A DNA stretch of 62,510 bases, filler included, from Chiloscyllium plagiosum (Eukaryota): assembly GCF_004010195.1 (NCBI RefSeq). It is 4 parts of one record of this genome, joined end to end, with 100 filler letters (N's around TTAATTAATTAA, not from the genome) between each part and the next. Parts side by side here need not be neighbours in the genome. Positions count along the whole stretch, not along the records: positions 21,472 to 49,349 come from NC_057717.1; positions 49,450 to 52,913 come from NC_057717.1; 2 more parts are not named here. The stretch is one strand, 5' to 3'. Below the pieces are notes generated by a model that saw only the letters and a program-made list of their open reading frames with translations, made no database searches and was not told where the DNA came from. The translations under genes were made by a program, and so were the position numbers. Of the stretch, positions 41,101 through 52,740 are shown piece by piece (positions within the stretch are counted from its first letter, which is position 1; each line of letters starts with the position of its first letter).

Positions 41101-41690
41101 ATCGAGTTCTGGAACCATGTGGTTAGGCTGCAGCTGTACAAACTCTGGTGCTTCTGTACTTGTAGTATTGTGTACAGTTCTGGTCACCGCATTATAAGAA
41201 GGATGTGGAAGATTTCGAAAGGGTGCAGAGGAGATTTACTAGGATGTTGCCTGGTATGAAGGGAGGGTCTCATGAGAAAAGGCTGAGGGAATTGATTGTC
41301 TGTTTTCGTTAGAGAGAAGACGTTTGAGAGGTGACTTAATAGAGACATATAAAATAATCAGACGGTTAGGTAGGGAGGAAAGGGAGAGCCTTTTTCCAAG
41401 TATGGTGACGGCGAACACGAGGGGGCATAGCTTTAAAATGGGGGGTGATAGAGAAAGGACAGATGTCAGAGGCAGTATCTTTACTCAGAGAGTAGTAAGA
41501 GTATGGAATTCTTTTCCTGCAATGGTAGTAGATTCGCCAACTTTAAGTACATTTAAGTCGTCATTGGACAAGCATATGGACGTACTTGGAATAGTGTAGG
41601 TTTGATGGGCTTCAGATAGGTATGACAGGTCGGCGCAAGATCGAGGGCCGAAGGGCCTGTACTGCGCTGTAATGTTGTATATTCAATTCT
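38111..41690 (+). mobile_element. Decayed CR1 LINE with ORF1 SGNH/GDSL esterase, ORF2 and 3' tail
   Basis: VVIGDSMVRG..CLPGARV..VHTGT, DGLHLN, VMGDINF, LDLVLSNE, GDSDQN, GNYRP, GVPQGSVLGPL, IADNTK; 3' GGGCCGAAGGGCC. Confidence 0.95.
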
Positions 41691-42060
41691 GAGGAACACA
41701 GCTCGTGTGCCCATCCTGACACTTTTCTGCAAGCAACAGCCTGTGGCCAGATATCCACACGGTATTCCTAACAATGGCCTGTTAACCTATCTCCAATCCA
41801 TTCCCGTAGCAACGGCCCATGAACCCATTCCCAATCTGTTCAATGGGCATCGGCCGATGACTCCACACAAAACCCTCTTCCTTGCATCAGACTGTTAACA
41901 TATATCAACTTTCTTCTCCTGGTATTACCTGAAAACCCATGCCCTCAATTTTTCCACAGCAACGACCTACGAACCCATTCCCACTCTTGTCAACTAGCAA
42001 TAGCCTGTCAACCCATCCATGCTTTGTTCTCATAAGAAAAGCCTGTTGATCAGTCCTGAT
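41691..42060 (+). repeat. Repeat B, continued
   Basis: AGCAACAGCCTGTG/GAACCCATTCCCA units. Confidence 0.8.
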
Positions 42061-42067
42061 GCTGTTC

Positions 42068-43331
42068 CGGTGTGGAAAAGATAAGTCCCATAGGTCGGAT
42101 GAGATGTGTCCTCGGATGCTTTGGCAAGACAGGGAGGGAATTGCAGAGCTTTTGGCTTTGATCCTTATGTCGTCATTATCTATATGCGTTGTGCCAGAAG
42201 ACTAGAGAATATTAAAAGTTGTCTCCTTGTTCAAGATTGCGAGTAGAGACCACCCCATAAAAAATAGTACAAACAGCCTGAATTCAGTTGTGGTTAAAGA
42301 TTATAAGAGATAGGAAATATAGTTAACTAGATATGAATAAGTTGATTAGGGATAGTTAATGTGGTTTGTGAAGGGTTGGTAGTGCCTCACAAAACTTATT
42401 GAGTTCTTTGAGAAGGTAAACAAATGGGTGGATGAGGGAAAAGCAACTAATGTGATGTGTATGGAATTCAAAAAGTGTGTTTGGGAGAGTACCCCACGGT
42501 AGGCTATTGCACAAGATATGGAAGCATGGGATTGGGGTAATTTAACGGTTTGGATTAGACTTTGGCAAGTTGAAAGAAGACAGAGGGCGTTGGTTGATGG
42601 GTAGTATTAATCATGGAGTTCAGTTACTCGTGGTGTACTGGAAGGGTCTGTTTTGTATCCACTGCTGCTTGCTAATTTTATAAATAAATTGGATGAGGGC
42701 GTAGTATAAAGGGTCAATGAATTTGAGGAGAATACAAAGGTCATGGATTTGTTGATAGTGACGAAGGATGTTGTCGGTTACCAGAAGACATAGATAATGT
42801 GCAGAGCTGGGCTGAGAGGTGGCAAATGGAGTTTAATGCGGTTAAGTTCGAAGGGATTCACTTTGGAAGGAAAAACGAGAATAAAAATCGCTGGGCTAAT
42901 GATAAGATTCTTAGCAGTGTTGATGAGCACAGACATCTAACTGTCCATGTACATAGATCCCTGAAAGTTCCAACACAAGTTGATAGGGTTATTAGGAAGG
43001 CGTACAATGTGTTTGTTCTTCTTGGTAGAGGTATTGAGTTTCAGAACCATGAGGTCATGTTGCAGCTGTACAAGTTCTGGTGCAGCTGCACTTGGAGTCT
43101 TGCATCCAGTTCTGGTCACCACAGTTTTTTGAAGGACGTGGAAGCTTTGGAAATGGTGCAGAACAGATTTACTAGGATGTTGCCTGTATGAAAAGAAGGT
43201 CTTACGAGGAAAGGCTGAGGGACATAAGGCTGTTTTCGTCAGAGAGACGATGGCTGAGAAGTAATTTAATGGAGACAGACAAGATAATAAGCGTTTAGAT
43301 AGGGAGAGCATTTTTCCTAGGATAGTGATGG
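42068..43331 (+). mobile_element. Heavily decayed CR1 RT fragment
   Basis: QSWAERWQMEFN, RKAYNV, NRFTRMLP; degenerate DKSP..G and CLTKLIEFFEKV. Confidence 0.88.
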
Positions 43332-43410
43332 CTGAAGTCGTTACCTTGCACGCTGACGAAACGTTTGAATACGAATCTTCAAGATTGTCGAGCAAACTTA
43401 CACCCATCAA
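43332..43410 (+). mobile_element. Degenerate terminal fragment of a second PLE family with hammerhead remnant
   Basis: CTGAAG(T)C-GTTACC-TTGCAC-GCTGAC-GAAACGTT: hammerhead boxes around a longer stem II; the CR1 stops abruptly here. Confidence 0.55.
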
Positions 43411-43790
43411 AACAGAATAATTATATAAGAACATAACAGAATCAGAAAATAGGACCATAATAAAATAAGAGCATAAGACAGTAAGAATAATATAAGGGAT
43501 CCGAAACTCCGAATAACATGAAATAAAAGAATAAGAAAATTCACGAATGAACAATAATGAATAAATGAAAAGGAATATCAAAGGATAAGAGCATAATTTC
43601 AAAAAACAGATAAGAAGTGAAATGCATCGTAGAATAAGAAGATAAGAGAAAAATTACTAGAGGGAACAAAAACTGAAGAGAATAAATAATTAGGCAAAGG
43701 AGAGTAAGGGTATAAGAACATAACAGAATAATAGCTGAGAAGAACATAAGAATATAACAGAATAATAACATAACAGATTTCAAACATATT
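43411..43790 (+). repeat. Purine-rich degenerate ~8-bp repeat (AAGAACAT/AAGAGAAT)
   Basis: GAATAAGA/GAACATAAGA periodicity; resumes at 45390-46136 and 47113-48570. Confidence 0.85.
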
Positions 43791-43899
43791 ATAACTTCCC
43801 GTCGTTCATAAGCCTCTAGGAAAGAGAGATCATAGTACGATCGAATTTCAGACAGCAATGGATGGTGAAATGATGGCATCTCATACCAGTGTATTATGC

Positions 43900-45385
43900 T
43901 GAAACACGGGAGGTTCAGGAATGAGGAAGGAGGTGACTAGATTAGACAAGGAAACCAAGTTTTATGGTGGAATATCTGAGGAACAATGGAGGACTTTAAA
44001 AGAGATATTTCACGATGCACATCGTTAGTATATTCTGGTCTAAAAGAAAGATAACAATTGTACGAAGTGCCAGCCTTCAATAATCAAGAAAATAATGAAA
44101 GGGATCCAATTAAATATTCAGGCTTACAAAGAAGCCAAGAGTAATGGGAAACAGGAAGATGGAGAAAATCAAAAAAGAACAATAAAGCAAGTAACAAAGA
44201 AAGGAAAGCTGGATTATAAATGTAAACCAACACAGGTGAAGGAAAACTGTTCTTTTCATAAATATTTGAAACTGAAAATGGTTACTGAAGTGAGTGCCAT
44301 GCAGGATGAGAAAGGTGATATGATACTGGATCATAATGAAACGGCCGAGGCGTTGAAGAACTACTTCGTGTCAGTCTTCACAGTGGAATATATGCATAAT
44401 TTGCCAAAGAATAACTTAAAGGACACGATGGGCGGTGAGGACTTTAATTCAATTTTTTATCATTAAAGATTTGAGTATTGAACAAACTTGAGATTCTAAA
44501 TATGGCTAAATTTCCTGATCCTGATGGAATACATTCCAGGGGACTGAAAGAGATGGTAAAAGTTACAGTAGATGCGTTCGTGATAATTTACCAAAATTCA
44601 CTGGACTGCGGGCAGGACCTGTCTTACTGGAAGACGCCGAATGTCACGCCAATGTCTGAAACAAAGGTGTAGACAAAAAAGAGGTAACTGTATGCCACTT
44701 ACCTTAACATCTGTAGTCGGGAAAATGCTGAAGGATATCATGAAAGAAGAAACAGTGAGACATCTAGTGTAAAGGGTTCCATTCAGACAGACGCAGCATG
44801 GATTCAGGAAAGGAGGCTTATGTCGGTTATACTCACTGGAATTCGTTGCGGATGAAGCAAGCACGACAGATGGAGAGGAACAAGTGGATGTTATACGCTT
44901 GGATTTGCAGAAGGCCGTCAATAAGGTTGAGAGTTTAGTGCTGCAGGTCAGGCTGCATCTGAGAAATAGGACATTCGACGTGTCGGGCATAAGCTCTTCA
45001 TCATTTTAGATAAAATTTTGAAATACATAGATAACGTAGAGGAAGCCAAGGTTTTTCCATCGATAGATGAGACTTGGACTAAGGGACATGCCCTCAAGAA
45101 TAGGGGGCTCAGGTTTCGACAGATATGAGGAGGACCCGCTTTCCTCAGAGAGTTAAGAAACTATGAATCGTCTGTTGCTCTGATGTAACAGAGGCACCTT
45201 CATGAAAGATATTCAAGACAGAGTTTCAATTATATTGCATGATCGGGCAATTAAGGATAAGGGGGATTATGCAGGTACGAGGAACTCCGACGAAGGATAA
45301 ATCAGACATGATCTTAATGAATGGCAGAACAGGCTCGACGGGCTTCTAGGCCAACTCTTGCTAGCATTACTGTGAATCTATGAAG
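43900..45385 (+). mobile_element. Old CR1 fragment of another subfamily with a large internal RT deletion
   Basis: AEALKNYFVSVFT, KFPDPDGIHSRGLKE, WKTPNVTP, QHGFRKG and YAWICRRP/DFQKAFDKV-like remnants; 3' UTR GAATGGCAGAACAGGCTCGACGGGC. Confidence 0.8.
44928..45003 (-). mobile_element. Degenerate PLE terminal fragment with decayed hammerhead
   Basis: GCAGGTCAGGCTGCATC..TCGACGTGTCGGGCATAAGCTCTTCATCA aligns to the mini-PLE module. Confidence 0.75.
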
Positions 45386-45389
45386 CTAA

Positions 45390-46136
45390 TTAACTATGAA
45401 TTAAACAAGAAGGGAATAAGAAAACAAAAACGTAATACAACAAAAACGTTAGAGTATAAGAAATGAGATCATAAGAGACTTCGAAAATAAGAGAATGGAA
45501 ATGAAAAGGAGACTGCGAACATAAGAAAAGACGAACAGAAAAGAACGAGCATGTAAGAGAATAAGAACGTAAGATAACAATAGATTCGAATAAGCGAATG
45601 AATACTTCAGAGATAATCAACGTCAGAGAATTTGAAGGGAGATGAGCCAGAGAATGAGAATGTAAAATTGTAAGAAAAAAAGAGAAGAACAGAATACCAA
45701 CATTAGACAAGAGAATAGGAGCAGAATAAAATTACATCAATACAGTGTAAAAAGAGAAGAGAGGAAGAACATCAAGACATCAGTATTTGATAAGAGATTG
45801 AAAACGCGAGAATAAAATAACAGAACAGAATAAGAACATAAGAGAATAAGCACATAAGAACAATGCAGAATAAGAACATGAGAGGAGAAGAACTTAAGAA
45901 AAAATAGAATAAGAGCATAAGACAATAAAAAATATAAGAGGTTAAGAACCTGAGACAACAATGGACATAAGGTAATTGGAACATACGAGAATAAGAATAT
46001 TATGAATAAGAACATAAGAGAATGAGAAATAAAAAAGAAAATAGAATAAGAAAATGAGGGAATCGGGACATCGGAATGAAAAAGCAGAAGGAATAAGAAG
46101 ATAAGTGACTAAGAATTCAAAAGAATCAGAACATAA
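45390..46136 (+). repeat. Purine-rich ~8-bp repeat, continued
   Basis: AAGAACATAAGAGAATAAG units. Confidence 0.85.
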
Positions 46137-47112
46137 TCAGTTACTATTTGGGTACTGCAAGGATCAGTGTTGGGTCCACTGGTGATCGTCATTTTTATAA
46201 ATGACCTGGATGAAGGCGTAGTAGGGTGGGTTAGTAAATTCGCAGATGACACTAAGGTCGGTCGAGTTGTGGATAGTGACGAAGGATGTTGTAGGTTACA
46301 GAGAGGCATAGATAAGCTGAAGAGCTGGGTTGAGATGTGGCAAATGGAGTTTAAGGCGGACAAGTGTGAGGTGAATCACTTTGGTCGGAGTAACCGGAAT
46401 GCAAAGTACTGGGGTAATGGTGAGATTCTTGGTAGTGTAGATGAGCAGAGAGATCTCGATGTCCAGGTACACAGATCCTTGAAAGTTGCCACCCAGATTG
46501 GCAGGGTTGTTAAGAAGGCTGTCAGTGTATTCGCTTTTATTAATAGAGAGATCGAGTTCCGGAACCATGAGGTTATGCTACAGCTGCACAAAACTCTGGT
46601 GCGGCCGCACTTGGAGTATTGTGTACAGTTCTGGTCACTACATTATCAGAAAGATGTGGAAGCTTTGGAAAAGGTGCAGAGGAAATTTACTAGGATGTTG
46701 CCTGGTATGGAAGGGAGATATTACGAGGAAAGACTAAGGGATTTCAGGCTGTTTTCGTTGGAGAGAAGAAGGTGGAGAGGTGACTTAACAGAGACATATA
46801 AGATAATCAGAGGGTTAGATAGGGTGGACAGGGAGAGCCTTTTTCCAAATATGGTGGCGCCATGCATGAGGGGGCATAGCTTTAAATTGAGGGGTGATAG
46901 ATATAGGACAGATGTCAGAGGTCGTTTCTTTACTCAGAGAGAAGTTAGGGTATGGAATGCTTTGCCTGCAACGGTAGTAGATTCGCCAACTCGAAGTGTA
47001 TTTCTGTCGTCATTGGACAAACATTTCGACGTACATGGAATAGTGTAGGTTAGGGGTGCAGATTGGTATGACTGGTCGGCGCAACATCGAGGGTTCTATG
47101 TTCTATGTTCTA
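46137..47112 (+). mobile_element. Younger 5'-truncated CR1 (uninterrupted 293-codon RT C-terminus, 46167-47048)
   Basis: QGSVLGPL..SKFADDTKV..KCEVNHFG..LVRPHLEYCVQFWS..WNALP; (TTCTATG)n tail at ~47094-47112. Confidence 0.95.
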
Positions 47113-48570
47113 TAAGAGAACGTAAGAGAATAACAACATGAGAGATTAGGAACAGAATGAATGACAGAAGAAGAGCATAATTGAAATAGAACTGAAGAGA
47201 TCAACTCTGTAAGAACAGATGGGAAAATACAATCCAATAAGAAAAAATAAGTACAAACGAGAATGACAACAACAACGAATAAGAACAGTAATGAATGGGA
47301 GATTATGAACATAAGAGAAGAGGAACAAAAGAACGAAAAACAACAAGAGAATGAGAAAATTAGTAATTACAGCACAAGAGATCCAGAATATCATGGAATT
47401 TGAATACAAAAGAATAAGAACATAAGAGTTTAGGGGCAGACATTAATGAGAGAGTAAGATCATAACAGAATCAGAACATAATAATGTAGGGGAGCAAGAA
47501 AATAAGAGATAAAAGAGAAAACAATAAGAAAATAAGAACATATGACAACAGCGGCATACTTGAATACAATCACGCATGAAAAATAGATTCTGAATATAAG
47601 TGAATAGGATCATTATTGAATAAGAGAATATGATCAGAAACCAAGAAATAAAAGCGAGAATGTGAATATAAGACAATAAGGTCGTAATTGAATAAGAGCA
47701 GAAGGGAATATGGGAATAAAAGGATAGGAACATGAGAGAATAAGATTGTAAGAACATAAGACAGTACGAATCGAATAAAATAACACATGAATAAGAAAAT
47801 AAATTACATGCAAAACAGCATAAGTGAATAATAATACAGGCCAAGAAGAGCATAAGGAAATAAGAACATAAGAGAATGAGAGAACAAAAGAATAGAAATA
47901 TTTGGATTAAGAGCATGTGATTACAATAGAGTAGATCAGAAGAGGGTAAGAACAAAGTCAAATGAGAAAATAAATAATTAAGAGAATAAGAAAGCAGACA
48001 ATAATAGAACATGATAATGAGCACATAACAAATATGTACATAAGAGGAGAAGAAAACAAGAACGTAAGTTAATAACAACATAACAGAATGAGAACATAAC
48101 GATAAAACAGAATGAGAGCATCACAACCCAAGTACACAAGACGATAACAACACAAGGAATGAAAAACAGACTGAATAAAAACAGAGGCGAATTGGATCAA
48201 AAGATCGAAATCGCAAAAAAACAATAAGAACTTGTGTCCATAAGAACATAAGAGAAGTACCCAACAGAACATCAACATAAAAGAATAATAACATCAGGAA
48301 CTCAGTAAAGGTATGAATGACAGAATAAGAACATAACAAATTATGAAGAGAAGAAGGTAAGAGAAAATAACGTCAGACAAAAGAATAGAAGAGAATAATA
48401 AAGGAGAAGAACAAAAACAACAGAATAAGCAAACAAGAGTATCAGAGAATAAAGTCATGAACGTGTAATCAAAAAGGGAATACGCGAATAGCAACAAAGC
48501 AAAATCTCAATAAAAACAGAAGAGAATACGCAATTAAGATAGTCAAAACGTCAGAGAAAAAGACTAGGGG
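47113..48570 (+). repeat. Purine-rich ~8-bp repeat, continued
   Basis: Same A/G-rich units; generates spurious L/F/S/Y-rich minus-strand ORFs. Confidence 0.85.
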
Positions 48571-48572
48571 AA

Positions 48573-49217
48573 TGACGAAACCCGAAGCCATTTTCTTGGC
48601 TATGGTTTTCCTCTAAGTTCGGGAACTATTTTTCTGAAGTGCCCCTCGCCAAGCAGAACAATCGTTCTTTGCATGTCGCTGTGTGAGTCTGTCTCGCAGG
48701 ATCCCGGACATAGCTTAGTTCCTCTCTCACTAGGAGATAATGTCAATGTGCAGCTTCTCTGTTCAAGGCGCCTCGGTTTGCCTGCTCAATGTTTCCCCAC
48801 TGTCATGTATTGAGAGGGTATGTAACTTCGTTGCTTGAACATGCTTAGCTCCATGCATTAGCTTATGGTTTATTGCCAATACTTGTGGATATCTCTCCGA
48901 CATGTGTAACGGATCTCTGCAAACAGCATTTTACCTGATAAATTTCATTTCGCTTCACGGTTTTAATATGCAGCACCAGATAGGGCTGATGCTGATAGCT
49001 AACCCCTGTTTCAGTAACTGCTGAGATCATCCTGACTGTTTGTAAGTAACGGTCAGCCTGTGTCTTAACCGGGTTTTTGGTTCTTATATAGACCTGTAAC
49101 TATCTGCTGTACTTCGGAGTCCTACTGAGCCACGGTTAGGACAGAGGCTCTTCCCATGATTCAGCTTGGAATAAAATTGTTGATGCTCGAAATCTGCTTC
49201 TCGAGATTTTTTCAACA
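48573..49217 (+). mobile_element. Candidate LTR (ERV or LTR retrotransposon)
   Basis: TGACGAAA...TTTCAACA termini, CCAAT at 48876, TATATA at 49085, AATAAA at 49170, TGG 2 nt after the CA end, and AAAAAGACTAGGGGAA immediately upstream. Confidence 0.5.
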
Positions 49218-49349
49218 ACTGGCATTTTCGCCTTCATTACAGGATCTTGCATTCGTGCCTTCAATAACTTGAATTGGTGTTTGAGAAAGTGTGAGTATTG
49301 TGTGGAGCTAATCAAAATGCTAAAACTGATTAAGGGAATGATCCTGACC

Positions 49350-49449
49350 NNNNNNNNNNNNNNNNNNNNNNNNNNNNNNNNNNNNNNNNNNNNTTAATTA
49401 ATTAANNNNNNNNNNNNNNNNNNNNNNNNNNNNNNNNNNNNNNNNNNNN
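49350..49449. other. Scaffolding gap with TTAATTAATTAA spacer
   Basis: 44N + 12 bp + 44N. Confidence 0.97.
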
Positions 49450-50477
49450 TGGGATATGTATGTGAGAACAAATAGGACAGTAGGGGTGCATGCTGGGGAG
49501 TAAGTATGATGGTAGGCGTGTGTGCAGGGCTTGGACCACCATGCTGTGGAAGTGTCCAGAAGTGTGAGTGACGTTGAGGAAGTGTGTGAGGGTATGAGGG
49601 TGACGGTGGGACTGTGTGCAGATGAGTATGTGGGGCACTCAAGTGTCTGTGCAAAGCGTGTGGTGGTGTGTTCCGGCAGAGAGCGTGAGAGTGGGAGAGC
49701 GTGTGGGGAGTGTAAGTGTGACAGTTGAGGAACGTGCAGAGTAGCAAGAGTGCTGATGGAGGAGTATTTGGGTGAGTTAGCATTATGGCGGGGGAGTGTG
49801 CAAGGTGGGTGTGTTAGTGGACTGGAGTGTGGGGGAGTGAGCATGATTGTGGAAATATGTGCAGAAGAGTAAGTGCGACGTTTGGACATCATTATGGCGG
49901 GGGAGTGTGCAAGGTGGGTGTGTTAGTGGACTGGAGTGTGGGGGAGTGAGCATGATTGTGGAAATATGTGCAGAAGAGTAAGTGCGACGTTTGGACATTA
50001 TACTGTGCAATGAGTGTGATGGTCGTGGAGTGTGCTGGTGAGTGAACTTGACAGTGGCGGAGTTTGCGAACGACAGAGCGTGACAATGTGTTATTTTGTG
50101 AGGGATTGAGTATGGTCGGGAGAGTGCGGGAGTCTGAGTGTAAATGTGAAGGAGTGTGCGAGTAGTTGATGTGACATTGGTATAGTGTGTAGGCGAGTGA
50201 GCATGACGGTGCGGACCTTTGTGGTGCAAGAAGCGTGATGGCGGTGGAGTGTGTGTGACAGTGAGTTAAATGTGAAAGGATGTGCTGAGATATGTGCAGG
50301 GAATGAGTGAGTTGTAGTGGAGTGTGTGCAGTGGTGTTGGACTGTGCTGGAGAGTGAGTGCGATGGTGTGGCAATGTGAGTTCGAGTCAACTTGACCTTC
50401 ATGGAGAGTGCAGTGAAGTAAGCGATTTGAAGGGGGAGAGTGCATGATGATGGGGTCCTGTCTGGGTGAGTGACTAT

Positions 50478-50735
50478 GATTAGATTAGATCCCATGCAGT
50501 GAGTAATCAGTCCCTTTTGCCCAACAAGTCCACACAGTCCCTGCGAAGAGTAACCCACCCAAACCCATTTCCCTCTGACTAATGCACCTAACACTATGGG
50601 CAATATCGACTGGCCAATTCACCTGGCCTCACATCTTTGTGATGAAACCCACACAGACAATCACTGAAGGCTGGAATCGAACCTGGGTCTCCGGCGCAGT
50701 GACGCAGCAGTGCTACTCACTGAGCCACCGTGCCG
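50478..50735 (-). mobile_element. HE1-like SINE with internal deletion
   Basis: Reverse complement has CGGCACGGTGGCTCAGTG and GGTTCGATTCC boxes and an (ATCTA)n tail. Confidence 0.9.
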
Positions 50736-51125
50736 AATGATGGGGGAAAGTGTTGGGTGAGGGTGACGGTGTGTTTGTGAGGGATGATTGACTGACGGAG
50801 TGACGTTCCCGGGAAATCGAATGTGACAGTGCAGGTGTGTGCGGATGAGTGTGCGGATGGAAGTGGTGTGTGTGGGAGAGGTACAGACAGTGGGAGCTAA
50901 TGCGGGAAGTGAACATGACGGTGAGGGACTGCGAGTGATTGTGAGGTAGTGTGTGGGGCAATGACTGACAGTGGGGGAGTATGTGGGAGACTGGGTGTGA
51001 CTGCAGGGGAGTGTGCGGGGAGATAGCAGGATGGTGGGGGATTCTGCGGGGAGTGAGCGTGGCGGGTGAGGTTGCAGCGGAGTGAGCATGCGCTGGACGT
51101 GTGTGCAGGCAGTGAGTGCGGCGGA

Positions 51126-51660
51126 NNNNNNNNNNNNNNNNNNNNNNNNNNNNNNNNNNNNNNNNNNNNNNNNNNNNNNNNNNNNNNNNNNNNNNNNNNN
51201 NNNNNNNNNNNNNNNNNNNNNNNNNNNNNNNNNNNNNNNNNNNNNNNNNNNNNNNNNNNNNNNNNNNNNNNNNNNNNNNNNNNNNNNNNNNNNNNNNNNN
51301 NNNNNNNNNNNNNNNNNNNNNNNNNNNNNNNNNNNNNNNNNNNNNNNNNNNNNNNNNNNNNNNNNNNNNNNNNNNNNNNNNNNNNNNNNNNNNNNNNNNN
51401 NNNNNNNNNNNNNNNNNNNNNNNNNNNNNNNNNNNNNNNNNNNNNNNNNNNNNNNNNNNNNNNNNNNNNNNNNNNNNNNNNNNNNNNNNNNNNNNNNNNN
51501 NNNNNNNNNNNNNNNNNNNNNNNNNNNNNNNNNNNNNNNNNNNNNNNNNNNNNNNNNNNNNNNNNNNNNNNNNNNNNNNNNNNNNNNNNNNNNNNNNNNN
51601 NNNNNNNNNNNNNNNNNNNNNNNNNNNNNNNNNNNNNNNNNNNNNNNNNNNNNNNNNNNN
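51126..51660. other. Assembly gap (535 N)
   Basis: Run of N. Confidence 0.99.
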
Positions 51661-52740
51661 TGGGAGTTTGAGTGATGATGGATCACAGTGCGGGGAATTG
51701 AGCGTGATGGTAAGAGAGAATGTGGGGTATTGTGTATGACAGTGGGATAGTGAGCAGGGCAAAGAGCTTGACGTTGGGAGAGTGTGCGGTGGAGTAAGTG
51801 TGATGGTAAGTATGCGTGTGTTTTTGTGAGCATGATGGTGTGAGAATGTCCGGGAATTTGCGTGGTCGTAGTTAACTGTGTGCCGGAGCGAATGTGACCA
51901 TGGTGGTGTGTATGTTGGGTGAGACTATAATGGTTTGGATGTGTTCTGGAGTGTGTGTAACGGAAGAGAAGTGTCTCGCCATGTGGGTGTCTGCGGCGGG
52001 AGTGAATGTGACAATGTGGCATTGTTCAGGGAGCAAGTATCACGTTGGCAGATTGTGCATGGGAGTATGTATGATGGTGGGGGAGTGTTCGGAACAGTGA
52101 TCATGATGGTGGGGCACTGTGTGGTGTTCTGAGCAAGTTGGTTCAAGAGTGTGCGGGGGAGTGAGTATGATGGTGCGGTAGTGTGCGCAGTAGAGTGCGT
52201 AGGTGACAGTGCGTGCAGTGAACATGATCATGGGAGAATGCGTGGGGAGTGAGCATGTGGGTGGGTGAACGTGCAGGAGAGTGAACGGGATGGTGGGAGC
52301 GAGTGTGGGAGAGTGAGCATGATGTTTGGGGGAGAGTGCACAGTAGTGACCATTAGAGTGGGGCAGTATTCAGCAGAGTGACAGTGAGAGTGGGTAGATT
52401 GCGAAGAGTGTGCACGACGATGGGGAAAGTTCTGAGGAGAGTGCGTGACAGCGTGGGAATGTATAGGGGAGTGAGAGTGATAGTGTGGAACTGTGCGGGG
52501 AGAGTGAGCATAAACGTGAGGGAATGTGTTGGGAAGAGCTAATTACAGTTTGGGCGTGTGTGGGTGAGTGTCCCGGAGATTAAGCATGACAGTGTGCGTG
52601 CGTGAGAGCGGGAGTGAGCATCACAGTGCGGCGGACAGAGCAGGGTGTGAGCATGATGGTGGGGGAGGGTAACAGTGAGGCAGTGAGTGCGATAGAGACA
52701 AGGAGACGTTGACTGAGTGAGTGTGACGGGGTAAGAGTGA

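Larger units (their letters stand above)
49450..52740 (+). repeat. G/T-rich degenerate ~30-bp repeat (repeat C, ~GAGTGTGCGGGAGAGTGAGCATGATGGTGG); includes a SINE and a gap
   Basis: Recurring GAGTGAGCATGATGGTG; source of His/Thr/Pro-rich spurious ORFs. Confidence 0.8.

Noticed and set aside
46167..47048. 293-aa intact RT ORF as an active or domesticated gene
   Set aside because: Starts mid-RT at a TTG within a 5'-truncated CR1 and has no endonuclease or N-terminal RT motifs
47443..48081. Hydrophobic 212-aa ORF resembling a membrane protein (also 42937-43602)
   Set aside because: Reverse strand of the purine-rich octamer repeat; low complexity with no family motifs
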